Assembly: GCA_030248215.1 (NCBI GenBank)
Contig: JASANG010000440.1
Coordinates: 1 to 64,000, forward strand
DNA from: Enoplolaimus lenunculus
Taxonomy: Eukaryota
Direction of reading: 5' to 3'
DNA length: 64,000 nucleotides
Made by a program: the position numbers and the translations under genes. A model generated the notes under the pieces. That model was given only the letters and a program-made list of their open reading frames with translations, searched no databases and was not told where the DNA came from. This document shows positions 11,601-24,680 of this stretch, one piece after another; the stretch's first letter is position 1; every line of letters starts with the position of its first letter.

Positions 11601-14010
11601 ACGCCATGTATACTTGCCCATAAAGGGTGTGTTGTATACCGTTGAGAGCCTTTGATATGGAACTATCAAAGCGGCATCCTTCCAAATCAACAATGATAAC
11701 GCAAGACTGCATCTGATGAGTTGTTTTTTCCAGCCGCATGCAGTGTCTGAGTAATGTTTCAGCAACAATCATTTGATCAACGACTAAATCTTGATGTGAG
11801 ACTGTACGAAAGAGGCCGGCGAAATCTACACGGCCTTCCATGAAAATGGCTACAACTGATTTGTTGGGCTGGTTGCTTGTATTTGAAACTGAAAAAACGA
11901 ACAAATCTGATTATGGGTTAATAAACCGCCCGTAGTGCACACGAAAATGAAATTTTATCAAAAATTATCTTCAAAATTTGCACGAGTGAGAAATAAATTT
12001 AAGGATGCATCAAAAATTATCTTCAAAATTTGCACGAGTGAGAAATAAATTTAAGGATGCATTTTGTGAACAAACAAACTAGAATTTTAGAATTTTTGTC
12101 CAAATGACTTTAAATACTTACAGTTTTAGCGATTTATATAGCAGTAAAATCAATGCAATACTTGGAGTATGGTCGCTCAAACGTAATGCGGTAACTTGTT
12201 GATCTTGTACCGCTCAGTCAAAACAGATTAAATCTAATACGTATATCGACGTCAATTATGTTCAATAACTCTTTCCTGTACAAATATTTTCTATTTGATC
12301 TATAACATTAACATCTAATTTCAATTTCAAGCTGAGTTTCGAACCCCAGGTACACACGAATGGAAAATATTGTCATCGGTCAAATGCTTTGCCCTCGAGT
12401 ATTGGGGGAAGGAAGCTGTCACATGTTTTTCATAGTCCGTACTTCCGTACTGTGCATACGCGTAGTTTCTCATCTTGGTAAAGAGTTTTCGTTTCTGAGA
12501 TGAACTGAACCTAAGGAAAACACGCCTCCATTCTGTAAAAGTTGTAATCTTGCGGTCATATTTACTCACACGGCTGTCCGGGTAAAATGACAACCGGATG
12601 ATACTGTCGCATAACCGGATGTGCGGGTAAAAGGTTGGTGTCTTCTGCATTAAATCCCATCAGCCGACGAAATCGCAAGTGTGCTCTGAGTTTTGGCTCG
12701 ATAATGTCCAAGTTACGATCAAAGCCAATAATCCAACGAAGTAAATTAAAATCTAAAATCAGTTTTAGGGGCACATATAATACACAAAGGCAGGTACGAG
12801 AAAGATATATCTCACTATTAATTTCTCGACAGACAAAAAATATGCAAATGTCCAAAAAATACAGTTACCTTTTCGAAAGAAAATCCTGACTGCGCCCCTG
12901 TACAGTTCCATAACAAAGTTGAACTCCAAAAATATGTCATTTATATACTTTTCTATACCGTTTGCCAATCGTCGGTTTCCTGGTACACTGTAAAAATGGG
13001 GACTCAAATTGACTCTCTCGGAAATAGGCTTTTCCTGACTACACAAACTGAGGCAAATTTGACTCCGCCATAGTCAAATTGGACTCACTGAGCGATTCAG
13101 TGAATCGATTTTGACTCTGGCGGAGTCAAATTTGACTCAGTTTGTGTAGTCAGGAAAAGCCTATTTCCGAGAGAGTCAATTTGAGTCCCCATTTTTTACA
13201 GTGTAAGGCCACATTTTGCCAGCAAATGTAAACTTAAAACTCATGTTCAACGATGCAGCAACGTGCAGCTTAAGCATAGCGTAACGTCTGTTTTAAACTC
13301 AGTTTAGAAGTTATTCAGATTGGTTTAATGTGAACCTATTTGACTTTTGGGTGTCACTCCTCTGTAATTATTTAAGCGACTCAAAGCTCGTGGTAGTCAC
13401 AATGGCAAAACCAACCCTTAGTCATCATATACCGAATGCTATTTCAATTTGCTATTGACAGGGCTGAACTGGCGATATGGTGTAGAAGCCGAATGCTCGC
13501 GGTGGGAAATTTGCAATTTAGGCCATAGTCAGCTGAGCGAAGAACTCACCAACGGTGGCCAGATTTGAAATCAATCTCTGATGCGTCGATATTTTATCCA
13601 ACCCAGAACAACGTTAATACCAGGTTGCGGGTTGGAGCTGGCAAATGTTATGAAACACAATTTTACCGTTTGTACTTATGTTATATGTGCCAAGGGCAGC
13701 GAAGAATTGTATGATACGGCTTGGCTCTTTATATCATTTTATCACCAAAAAATTTTCTGAGGAGAAAAACTTGTGAGATTTTAATTCGTTATCGTTTTAA
13801 AACGAAAAAAAATTTCGCAAACTTTGCATTTTCTTTACCTGTGTCATAAAATGAAGTCAAAACGATGCCCAGCCGATTGCGCAAGTTATCGATTAAGCAT
13901 CGGTCATCGTCCGAAATTTCATTTCGATGCTGGGAGTAAATTCGTTCCGACTGGTTTGGTGAAAATACATCACCGTTTAATTGGCTGGAGTTGTCTTTAT
14001 TTGATGTCAT
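8659..14010 (-). CDS. SEC14-like CRAL-TRIO + GOLD domain lipid-binding/transfer protein (~426 aa, 6 exons)
   Basis: Exons 14010-13839, 12752-12570, 11888-11640, 11250-11011, 10298-10086, 8882-8659; all GT-AG, 1281 nt, in frame. Motifs YDTDFNLLRW (CRAL-TRIO N-term), GRVDFAGL, VIIVDLEG, HYVEIIDKVYIINA, LPKFWGG, and a GOLD-like C-terminus (ELEWHIVAEDGIQFAIYY...GWYHAEF...SKTVKY). Confidence 0.88.
9209..9661 (+). mobile_element. Tc2/pogo-like MITE (TA TSD), nested in a hAT-like copy (9156-9941)
   Basis: ta|ctgtattgacccgaataagagg...cctcttattcggggcaatatag|ta. The empty host site aattaagTAgtaaaa is seen at ~4727-4741. Confidence 0.8.
10802..10944. mobile_element. Merlin-like MITE family T1 with internal GCCTAA repeats
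   Basis: TIR ggcccatgtacagaacagggccgga / tccggacctgttctatacatgggcc; perfect 8-bp TSD gttttggc; lies in SEC14 intron 4. Confidence 0.85.
11957..12062. repeat. Perfect 52-bp tandem duplication
   Basis: atcaaaaattatcttcaaaatttgcacgagtgagaaataaatttaaggatgc occurs twice. Confidence 0.92.
12986..13203. mobile_element. Palindromic EnSpm/CACTA-like MITE (TIR CACTGTAAAAA, TA flanks)
   Basis: Near-perfect ~105-bp inverted arms: ta|cactgtaaaaatggggactc...gagtccccattttttacagtg|ta. Confidence 0.8.
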
Positions 14011-14069
14011 TTCAAGATTGTTTGTGGGTTTAGAATTCTATAAACATTCTCTATGTTATTTGAATGGTA

Positions 14070-14252
14070 CACTGTAAAAAATGGGGAGTCACATTGACTC
14101 TTTTGGAAATAGGCTTTTCCTGACTCCACCGGAGTCAAATTCAATTCACATGTCGCACGTTTGACTCTGGCTGAGTCGAATTTGACTCAGTGCATGTGTC
14201 TAGTCAGGAAAAGCCTATTTCCGAGACAGTTGACTCCCCATTTTTTGCAGTG
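14070..14252. mobile_element. Second copy of the EnSpm-like palindromic MITE
   Basis: ta|cactgtaaaaaatggggagtc...ccccattttttgcagtg|ta; shares ggaaataggcttttcctgact with 12986-13203. Confidence 0.8.
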
Positions 14253-14559
14253 TATCCGCGTTGGTGAAACTACAATTTCACAGTAAAAAATACACAACTT
14301 TCCACTCGCAGCAAAAATAAAGTAAAAAATATTCTGATAAAAGTAAGAAAAAATAAAACCTGTGACAGAAACAGCATTCAATTATTGGAATACAACGATT
14401 GCCTCAGTGACTTTACTGCAGTTGTTTGCAATGGATTTTAAAAGTTTACATTGAGAGATTAGAATTACATATGATGAATTGCAAGTATTTTTCAAATATT
14501 TTTTTGTTGTTTCAATGAATGTTTTAGTAAATCTAAAATCTACTGGTTATTGTTGGAAC

Positions 14560-15258
14560 GGCTCATGTTTTTAAGGGGCGTCGAGGTTTCTGGTGGGTCT
14601 ATAAAAGAGTAGGTTCAGATTCTAGATTACATTTGTTGCTTACTGTAATGACCCGATTAAAAGGGGGACTGAGATTTATTTGGCGTCTCCAGAGGGTACC
14701 CCCTTGTTATTCGCTTACGGACTGTTATTATTTTCAACCCACGCTCCGCCACCCTTCGTTAATACTGATATATTTCCGGTAGGTACTGCAACTATCCGTT
14801 GAATTAAACGTTAATTATCTTGCATCAATAGCTTGAGTGATCATGCAAGGTTAATATGTTTAGGAAAGTACTTTCAAAATTTAAGGATGCCTTAAAGATT
14901 CGAACTAAATTTCATTTGGTCCCGGAGTCATTTGTGCACTACAATTAGGAATAAATCACCTTCATGGACTCTAATTAAGATTTATGCGCTCTATCCGCTT
15001 ACGGACTCTTATTAGAGATACGGACTCCTATTGATTGGGACTCAAAATGGGGACCCCTCTTATTACCTCACACCCTCTTATTACCTCACACCCTCTTATT
15101 CGGGTCACTACAGTAATAGGCTTAGGCTTAGGCTCAGGAATACATTTTTGCAACGCTTAGGCTTAAGCTTAGGAACACGTTTTTGCAACGCTTTAGGCTT
15201 AGGTTTAGGCTTATGAATACACTTAATCTACTGTTACGCCTCTATATTAACATTGGCC
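14560..15258 (+). mobile_element. Merlin-like MITE family T2 (TTAGGC repeats) interrupted by a Tc2/pogo-like MITE at 14643-15113
   Basis: Perfect 8-bp TSD gttggaac; ends ggctcatgt / acattggcc; ggcttaggcttagg at 15119-15212; the insert is flanked by TA. Confidence 0.85.
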
Positions 15259-15509
15259 GTTGGAACTATAAGTCTGCACGACCCCTGTTTGATGTTTTAC
15301 CCAGTTTTAAGCACCACGCCGAGAATGTGACACTTGACATTACGATAGTAGACGCCTAACGAGTTTGGAATACAACATGGAGTATAAAGCAGACAAAATT
15401 TTACTCAGTAGTCTGCCAGGAACAAAACGTGACTTTTCATACTGCCCCAGTTATAACGTGAACAAAACATTAAAAACATGATAAAGCGTAAAGGTGTACA
15501 CCAAAAAGC

Positions 15510-15888
15510 ATGGTGTAACCGTAGGTCTGCCTCCGGCTCCGATTCCAGCAGAAAATCGACCTCGGGCTCCGGCTCCGGCTCTTTGACAGAGGTTCCGGCA
15601 ATATCGGTAGTAAAGTTTTGCATAATTTTGCAAGAATTATCTGTTTAGCACGTTTCGATTCACTTTTGTCACTATTTTCAAGAAAGAATTTCCGAAATTT
15701 CGCAGAAAATTAGCGTATAACCAAACAGCTTAACAACATATTGCAGATATTGGCTGAAATTAACTAATTAACCCCAGAATTTTTGCTATCTAAATTTCGC
15801 CTCACCTTCGGCTCCGGGTCCGGCAAGTTTCGTTGACCTCCGGCTCCGCCTTACGGCCCCGGTATTTTCACATTCAGTTGCACCCTGC
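15510..15888 (-). mobile_element. hAT-like MITE (CAGGGTGCAACCGG family)
   Basis: Reverse-orientation match to units in 3259-7535; ends cagttgcaccctg. Confidence 0.7.
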
Positions 15889-16030
15889 TAAAAAGTGTCA
15901 AATGGTCAAAAAAATTGCATCTGCAAGTTATAATGGTCAACAAACGTTTGCGTTTGAGTTCGTCAATAAGCTTTCAAACTGGATATGTAGTTTCATTGCT
16001 ACAAGAATTTCAGTTGCGAATACAAAAGCA

Positions 16031-16451
16031 CTGTATTGAGCCGAATAAGGGGGGTAATAAGAGGGGTCGCCATTTTGAATCCCAATCAATAGGAGTCCGT
16101 ATCCCTAATAAGAGTCCGCAAGCGGATTGAGTCCCTAAACCCAAATTAGAGTCAATAAATATCAATTAACCCTAATTGTAGCGCATAAATGACTCCAGAA
16201 CCAAATAATTTGAGTTCAAAACTTTAAAGGGTACTTAAATTTTAAAAATCTTGTATTATCGCTCAAGCTATTGGCACAAGACGAATAAACGTTTAATTCA
16301 ACGGATAATTGCAGTACCGGATATATATCAGTAACGAAGGGCGGCGGAGCGTGGTTTAAAATAAATAACAGTCCGTAACCGAATAACAAGCGTGGTACCC
16401 TCTGGAGAGGCCAAATCAATATCAGTCCCCCTCTTATTCGGGTCAATACAG
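16031..16451 (-). mobile_element. Tc2/pogo-like MITE copy
   Basis: ctgtattgagccgaataagg...cctcttattcgggtcaatacag|ta; reverse-complement match to 9209-9661. Confidence 0.8.
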
Positions 16452-17991
16452 TATACCTGAAGGAGGAGAAGGTGCGTTGATAAAATACTGAGAAAGACTT
16501 GTGAACGAATCAAGTGCGAAGCCATACCCAATTTTAGAGCTATAAAACCCCTATAGAAAATCTTGATTATGATTTCTGTTGGGGAGCCTAAACCGCTGTG
16601 AACCCCGTTTTCCCCCAGTATCTTGTCGCCAATTGACAACGAAATTGACACAGATCTGACTGCCCATGCAAGCGATGCTTTATTGTTCTGTTTTTGCGCT
16701 CTTCAAATGAAAAATACGTTTTTCCAGAAAACATTTTCGGATCTTCATGAAACATTTTCTTAAATTCAAACAGGACAATTGTCTTCTAAACTACAGGCGC
16801 AGACATATGTCTTGAATGCAAGACATAGTTTCTGAAATTTTTTAGAAATATATGTCTGAAATTTTTAACACTTAAATGTCTTAAATTTAAGAGTGTTTTA
16901 TAAACGATTAAGACAAATATTTCTGAAACACAAGACAAATATGACAGAAATATAAGACAATTAATATGTCTGCCATAAAAGTCTTGCTTTGCTGATTTTT
17001 GAGACATATATTAGAAATCAGATTCGGCAAAGAAGTCGCCTTCAAAATTGGGAATTTAAGCTCAACCAAATTATCTATTTTTACAACCTGGAATATTTGT
17101 TTCTTATATATTGCAAATAGTATTAATTTCTTGAGGATAAGATATTTATGTTTTAACCACTACAGACTCAAATTTTTGAGCTGTTTACAACTGTTAATGT
17201 ATGAAATACAATACATTAGTCTTGAAAATCTAAGAAATTTTAGGTGTCTTAAGTTTCTAGACAATTTATTTGGTGTGTAACTTAAAATTAACCGTCACAC
17301 GGCTGAAAATGATGAATTGGGCTCAGAGGCAACTGTGGTCAGGTCTGTTTCCAATTCAGCTCTACACTACCCATCATGATCGTGAATAAAGCCGCAATAA
17401 CATCTGGCATTATTCAATCAAGCTGCTATTAATACAAAACCAAGTAAGTTCGCGCCCCTGATGCGTAACAAAACTCACTCCAAATGAAAGGCGTGAGAGC
17501 AACTAATTTCTTACAGTCAGAGAATTAGTCCAAAAGTTTATTAAGCGTTCCGCCCTGATCTTTACATGGACTCATTTTTTTGCGAACTAAGCAAATAATT
17601 TACTAAAATGATTCTATTTTAATAAAAAAATTTTATTCTTCTTAGGTTGTCTGAGTTATTATATTTCCAGCTTTTAGCGGGTTTACACGCGAACGAGATA
17701 ACACTATCGTAAAAATGCTTCTAAACACATAGCTAGGGCTAATTTTTCCGCGAAATCAATTGTTACAGCAAAATTGACCAAAAGCTGTTGTGTCAGGCGT
17801 AAGTAACTGATATACCAAATCTTCATGGCTTTGCTAAAGGCTAGAAGACACAACATATTTTAACATATGTGTTCTAAATATACACGTCATAACAATATTC
17901 AAGTTTTATTAGTTGTTCATGATTGTGATAAGTTGGGTAGGCTAGGGTACGACGTTTTTTAGTTCTGAGTTAGCAGATGTTTATGAGGTAC

Positions 17992-18114
17992 GTTCCCAGT
18001 AGGTTTCGAAGTCGGTCGACAGATTATCAGTCCAGCACGCTAACCACTGAGCCACACTGCCTCACAATCAACTGCTAGTTTTCCTGTTTTTATGCCGTAC
18101 AAGAACCTCAACAT
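17992..18114 (-). mobile_element. tRNA-derived SINE-like head joined to an inverted-repeat arm
   Basis: Minus strand GGCAGTGTGGCTCAGTGGTTAGCGTGCTGGACT...TTCGAAACC (A box, degenerate B box). The adjacent atgttgaggttctt arm is shared with 44290-44330. Confidence 0.55.
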
Positions 18115-18540
18115 ACATATGCATTGTGGTACAATGGTACAACGATAATGACATAGCTAGGGGTAAAATGGCCGAAGCAGAAACCAAAAAAAGAAAAGAA
18201 ACAAACAAAAGTAACGGAAACGAAATAGAGAAATAAAAGTTAAAAATAATAATAATTTTATAAATTTTATGCAAATTTTATAACCATGCGGGGGCGATTA
18301 GCCCACTAATATTCAGCATTGATATTAAGAACTGAACAGTTTTGACCGTTTTTGTAAGTTGGAAGTTTCTACATAGAAAAGTTATATATCGGTTTTGATT
18401 TGATTTTTTCGGATACTTCAGATCCAATTGGACTACGAGTGGTAAGAAACTTAGTTATTGCATCTGAATCACTGTATCGGTTTTGTATAAAATTAGAATT
18501 ATAATGGGCGGAATTGTTATATATCAAACCGAATCCGGTG

Positions 18541-18948
18541 TGTTGGGCGCCGGAGTCTTGCATTGCTAGGCAGCGCGTTCAAACGTCACACCGGAGTTCG
18601 GTCGCGTCTGCTCCGCTCAAGCAACACGTAGAACGTTTACTGACAACCAGTATAACAAACCGGTAGCATTATAAACAATTGCATAATCCGTTACATAAGC
18701 ATAATCCATTACATAAGACCTACCAGAACTACCTAAATTGCCGGTAATCACCGAGTTGCACAACTGTATAACTGTATAGTTCTGTATTCCATTGTTTTCA
18801 GTATAACCGTATCTGTGCCTTTGTCTGTACAAACGTTCAAAGTAAACATTGAAAACCGACCGTGTCGTTGGTGAAGGGCGACTACGCTAGCATCATAGAT
18901 CTGAAACACACACGATAGCCGTAGATACAAATCCATCCCAATCCGACA
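18541..18948 (+). mobile_element. Putative 5' LTR followed by a primer-binding site
   Basis: Ends TGTTGG...CCGACA form an imperfect inverted pair. TGGTGACCACGA follows at 18949 (complementary to a tRNA 3' end, Trp- or Arg-like) and gag lies just downstream. Confidence 0.65.
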
Positions 18949-19059
18949 TGGTGACCACGATGGTCTATGATTGATCTAACGACAACGGCAAGTAAAAAGA
19001 GATCGATTACGAATTGTAAGTAAAAACTTTATTTTTTCCTCTTTATCAGCGCATTCGAA

Positions 19060-21029
19060 ATGCCCTTAAAAAGAACACCGGCCAGACTATCGGTTAAAAA
19101 AACCAAATACCAGACAATATACTAGAACAATGGCAGAAAAGGCACAACAAGGACCAGTAACAAATTTGACAGAATCCCCCAACTCAGGCACAAAAATAAC
19201 GGAACCACAACAGACCCTAAACCTAACTCCTGATATACAAGTACCAGGTACATCTGGTCAAATACCGACAACAACATAGAATTTGGGTACTTCAGCACTT
19301 TTGGTGCACTATAATCACACTCAGCAAAGTACAGATAACCCTGTAAGTAGTCTTGATTCAGCAAAAACAGCAATCGACTACATAACACAAAAACATACGG
19401 ATATATCCGCTCAGAAAACGATACCAACACTGACTTCAACGTTGACATCTGCAAATATTGATTTCACAACTACGTTGTCAAAAAAATTGGAAACCACTGT
19501 AATAAAGCATCCAGGATTCCCTATACAACAATCTGATCTAATGACACCAATAGGGAATCCACTCCAAAACACAGAAAAACCGTATTTGACATATCCGTAT
19601 GCACAAACGTTATATAGCCAACCCAAAACGGCTATACAGCCATTGTTAACAGTGAACACTGGCTATAAACCATTATTACCATTTGACCATCTCCCAGAAT
19701 GGTCATTTAATACAGCAGATAAGAAATTGGCACAAGAATTAACCAAAAAACAAGAACTGGGTGATAACATAGCTAATATAAGCCAACATAATATCACCAT
19801 TCCACAAAATTTTGTACCTGTTACAAGTATACAGGGATTTCCTCCACAACAGGGTACCAATATGCAACCACAGAATCCAATGGAAGAAATGGTTAACACA
19901 TTCAACCCACAACAATGGGCAATATTTAACCAAATACCTCGTACAATGCCTTTAACAACAACAAATATAGATGTACATCGACATACCGGAGGAGATATTT
20001 CTCCGTCATCGAGACGTAGGAAAACAACGTCCCGACACAGTGACGATACGATAAAAACGGACATTAATACATCGGATACGGAATATAATTCCGTTGTTGA
20101 TAGTCCGATGCCATCACAACTACCTATGCATCCACAGAAACAGGCAGCAATTGTTATTAATATGCCTGATAAAATTCCGACTATACCACCGTATGACGGT
20201 AAAACTGATTTCAACGTCTTTTTGCGTAAATTCAACAGAATTTTAAATACATCAAAAATACAGTCGGAATAAACAAAATTACGGTTAGTCAAAGGTTGTC
20301 TGCGCAATAGCGCAGAAACATACCTTGAATTATTAGAGGATCAATTCCCTCTATCACAAAATGATATTGAGTTTTTAATATTGAAATTTCAAGAAAGGTT
20401 TGGCGAATCACCAGATTTGCCCAATAGGATAGCTACATTCCAACGCATACAACAAACAGGTAGCGGGGATGACTACGTTGACACATTGTTAGCACATTGG
20501 ACACGATACTTAGAAAAACAATTCGCGAACACTGTTGAAACTCGCGATTCGTTATGTCAAACGTTTATTAAAAATTCGATGGCAGGTCTGAAAGAACGCC
20601 TGCAATTAGGAATGATAGAATCATTAACCGAATTACGAATCCGTGCAACAAAATTGCAACAGCAATTAGAAATTGACGGAATTATTACAATTCCTAAAAA
20701 ATCGGAAAAATCCGAAACTAGGAACAATCGTGCACGGACGAACACAGATACAACAACTACAACAACAAAAGAACAAACAAATAGTAAGCAAAGCAATGGA
20801 AAAACAACAAAGACATTTACAAACAGCGGTAACAATGCTAATAAAGCAAATAACACCGCTGGAAATTCTGTTCGAAAAACAACCGGTCCTAGATCTCGAA
20901 AAACAGAGGAAGAAATTCAAAAATTACGCGAGGCGGGATTTGTTTTTACTGTGAAAAAGCCGGACACATGACGAATGATTGTCCGGTCCGACAGGCAGTT
21001 GCCGAACGAAAAATGTCGGAGCCGAATAG
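19060..21029 (+). pseudogene. gag: Decayed LTR-retrotransposon gag (Ty3/gypsy-like capsid + CCHC zinc knuckle)
   Basis: IPPYDGKTDFNVFLRKF...(stop 20270)...KLRLVKGCLRNSAETYL...LKFQERFG...RIQQTG..DDY. After a frameshift near 20938 the sequence reads ICFYCEKAGHMTNDCP (CX2CX4HX4C). No pol or 3' LTR was recognised. Confidence 0.8.
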
Positions 21030-21336
21030 TTTAATAACCAACCGTAGTCTGATAATTCATTGTTTTATTCAATGTTATATATTCCTTAATAGTTTGTATT
21101 CTGGTTTTGTGAACCATATTACTCTGAATTATTATTTGAGAGCACTAATTATAATTCCTTCGTAAATTATTAATTTCCTTGTCAATCATAAAATACCACA
21201 GAACACATACATTTTTATTAATTATTTCTTCCGTAAGTTCTTGAAATTCAAAATAAAAAACTATTAAATTACACAAATTGTGATATATTCGTTGTATACA
21301 AGTTCTTATCCAAATGAAAGACTAAGGCTTTTAATA

Positions 21337-21489
21337 CTAGGGTCAGGGTACAGGTTCGGCTTCGGCAAAAGTAGACCAGATCGCTTTTGCTAGGGTCAGG
21401 GTACAGGTTCGGCTTCGGCAAAAGTAGACCAGATCGCTTTTGCTAGGGTCACGGTACAGGCTCGGCTTCGGCAAAAGTGGACCAGATCC
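21337..21489. repeat. 53-bp tandem repeat, ~2.9 copies
   Basis: ctagggtca(g/c)ggtacagg starts at 21337, 21390 and 21443. Confidence 0.9.
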
Positions 21490-22646
21490 CGTAAAATTGT
21501 TTCCGGAAGCTTCAGCAACTGTGGAAGTGAGGTTTTTATAGTTTTACAAATTCCGTATTGTTCTGAGATTTCGGCGACACGTATTGGTGTTTTTGGGAAC
21601 GAAATGACGGTATTTCTTAAGAATATACCTAAAATCAAAATTTTTGACTGCTTCATAGACATTTGCTAAAATTAACAAGCGTCATATCTTCGACTCCGTC
21701 AAGTTTTGTTGACTTTCGAATCAAAAGCGCGCCCTGACCGGTGTATAAACAATAATAAAATAACGGAAACGGATACTAAGGCTACGGCACACAAATATTC
21801 TCCGACCTAATATATTGAAAACAAACTTCAGACTTAGATTTGGCTGGCTTCGTACTGCAGCACACCTGCAATGAAAATTTCGCGATTTATACGTAACCAA
21901 AAACTAATTTCGACCATGAAAATTGCAGAATTTCCAGTATTTCTATAACGGAAACAGACACGAGTTAATTCGGCTACGCCTTGCTTTTAACCGAAACGCT
22001 GACTATGAAATGAACAAAAGCTAAATTTACTGCTGCTCGTTATACTGCAAACACAAGCGCACAATGAATAAAGTAATGTGTAAATGTTAACATTGCGGGC
22101 AGTAGTTCTCAATAGAACTATACTTATATTCAGGGTGCAACCGAAGGTCTGCCTGCGGGTCCGGCGAAATTTTTGCCAGATGTTTCGGCAAGGGCAACAC
22201 TTGACAGATACTGGCTAAAATAAACAAAAATTAAATTTTAAAATTTCGCTTCACATCCGGAGAATTTTGTTGGCCTCAGGCTCACGTTTTTTTACTTCCG
22301 GTTGCACTCTGTTATATTAGTCAAGTTGAACAACGGTTAAAAATGAGTACCCAGCGCTCGTTGCATTTGAGACTGAAAATTCACATTTCAATGGGACAAC
22401 AGATAATATTGCGTAGTTGAAGACAATTTGTGGATTTATACAAGTTAAATTTACTTCCGTTAAATTGTAAACAAAAGTGTAATTTTCCACCTGAGCTTTG
22501 CAAGCATTTCCCGTTACATCAACCTCCCACCACAAAGGTGATGCGGTACTTATACAGCAAAACCGCAACGCGCGGTGGTACATTTTTAATTGAGCACAAA
22601 CAGCTAAACTTGCATCGTCTACAAAAGTATCAGTGACTGTAACTTC

Positions 22647-22823
22647 GGCCCGTGTTATTTTCAGGGACGTCCAGGTTTCTGATGGGTCTATAAAAGAGTA
22701 GGTTTAGATTCTAGATTACATTTTTTGCTTAGGCTTAAGCTTAGGACACATTTTTGTAACGCTTAGGTTTAGGCTTAGGAATACGCTTAACCTACTGTTA
22801 CGGCCCTACAAGTAACATTGGCC
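22647..22823 (+). mobile_element. Merlin-like MITE family T2, uninterrupted copy
   Basis: Ends ggcccgtgt / acattggcc; TSD gtaacttc/agaacttc (6/8); internal cttaggcttaag and ttaggtttaggcttagg. Confidence 0.8.
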
Positions 22824-23359
22824 AGAACTTCAATAACGATCCAACATTTGCTTTCAAAACCAGACACGAATTTTCTGCGATATCATAGTAAAACAGGTTA
22901 AGTTGGGCCACCAGGTAATTGCCCAATCGGCCAGTTCCAATTTTTGACACCCAAGAAAAGGAAAAATCTTGGTTATGAATTTTTCCTAAATTCTCCGTAC
23001 TGTAGTGACCCCAAAAGAGTGGGAAAACTGATATTTTTTCGGCATCTAAAGAGGGTATTCCCTTGTTAGTTGGTTACGAACTGTTATTTATTCTTAACAT
23101 AGACGGTATTGCAGCTATCCGTTGAATTAAAAGTTTGTCTTGTATCAAAAACTTGAGCGATAATGCAAGGTTATACTTGGGAATGTACTTTCAAAACTTC
23201 AGTATATTTTAAAGTTTCGAACTCAATTTTATTTTGTCCTGTACTCATTTATATTATACACCAGAACTAGGAGACTACAAAGTTATACGATCAATCACAA
23301 ACAGGTGTTAATATATACATACATATTAGGTGCTACCATGATGGGTAATCGCAATTTAA

Positions 23360-23992
23360 CAAGAGTATGCAACTGGGCACATTCTGTGTATAAATGAATG
23401 TACTCGGCACGTGTTGCGTTTTTGGCCGACCCCCCTTTATTTAGACGGGGGTACAACCGGTACGAAAAATGACTGTTCATGTATGCGGCGTCAAATATGC
23501 TCCACTTATAGTTTAATTTAGGAGTATTCATGTGATAGCGACCCACCTCTAAACAAGGGGGTCTGCCAAAAACACAACACCCGGGGGTACGTTCGGTACT
23601 ATGCGGGAGTTCAAGAGTTGCACACTGTTGTCATTTTCCACTCTTGGTGCTGCCTAGAGAGGATGATGTTCACCTTGCAGAAGAGTGTGCAACTAACGCG
23701 CTAGTCCATGACGCAAAATGTTCCACCACGCGCTGTAGTTTAGTTCGACCCCCTGTTTCGAAGGGGGGGGCGGGCTTTATCACACTCAATACGTGCAGAC
23801 TTGCGAAAAAAACGCATTAATTGCTCAAGAATATAAGCGCAACATTTAAGTGCCGGATAAATTATTATTGATTTTCGTCAGTTACGCAAACTTATCCCCC
23901 AAAATAAAAGGAGGGTGGGGTGAAGGCCACAAAGACAACGTGCGCTGGGCAGATACTTTTGCACACAGAATCTGCCCAGTTATAAACCCTTA
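23360..23992. mobile_element. Inverted-repeat element with a nested palindrome
   Basis: Outer arms aactgggcacattctgtg / cacagaatctgcccagtt. Inner arms gtgttgcgtttttggccgaccccc (~23411) / gggggtctgccaaaaacacaacac (~23580). Confidence 0.55.
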
Positions 23993-24154
23993 AGGTTGCG
24001 CTATACTTGACGTCCGTCACCGTGCGTCACCCGTACGGTGCCGTCCGTTATCGTCCAGTTATCTGCGTACGATACCGCACGGTGACGAGCCGCGCCGTAT
24101 GGGTGATGGACGGCGCCTGACGGTAGCGCACATCAAAAAAGTATGGCGTAACCA
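23993..24154. mobile_element. PIF/Harbinger-like MITE (TTA TSD)
   Basis: tta|aggttgcgctatactt...aagtatggcgtaacca|tta; internal ccgtc/gacgg sub-repeats. Confidence 0.7.
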
Positions 24155-24680
24155 TTATTAAAGAGCATTTTATCTGCTCTTGGTGTTACAAACCTTTCGT
24201 AACTTATCATACTTATTATTAACGTGACATGAACAAAAATACACTAAAATGCATTTAATATATTATAGTGAAAATTAGAAATACATAAAGCAATAATAAC
24301 TAAAGCATAAAGCAGAAAAAAAATAAAACATCTTTGGACGAAATGAAATAAAGTAGTTGCAATACATAACTTTGTAAAATTACGGTGCTATCACACTTGG
24401 TTTAGAATCGCACAATACAGAATAGAATGCAATACAAACAACACAAATGATTGTCAAAATGTTTCAAATGTAACAAATTAGATGAACCAACTATCGATTT
24501 ACGGCTGTTCAATGCCTTTTCATACAAAAAATTCATTGAAAATCAAATAGACTCGTTATCAGGTGGGTCGTCTTGCTCATGCCAAACCACCTCATTATTC
24601 ACCAACTAAACGATGATGTGAAATTTTGAACTAAAGATATTGTGCTAATGAAGATTTTGGTCTCGGTTGTGTTTCACTTA

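Noticed and set aside
19663..20307. 214-aa minus-strand ORF
   Set aside because: Antisense shadow of the gag reading frame.
19283..20971. Domesticated gag (Arc/PEG10-like) host gene
   Set aside because: In-frame stop at 20270, frameshifts at the 5' end and before the zinc knuckle, and LTR/PBS still attached.
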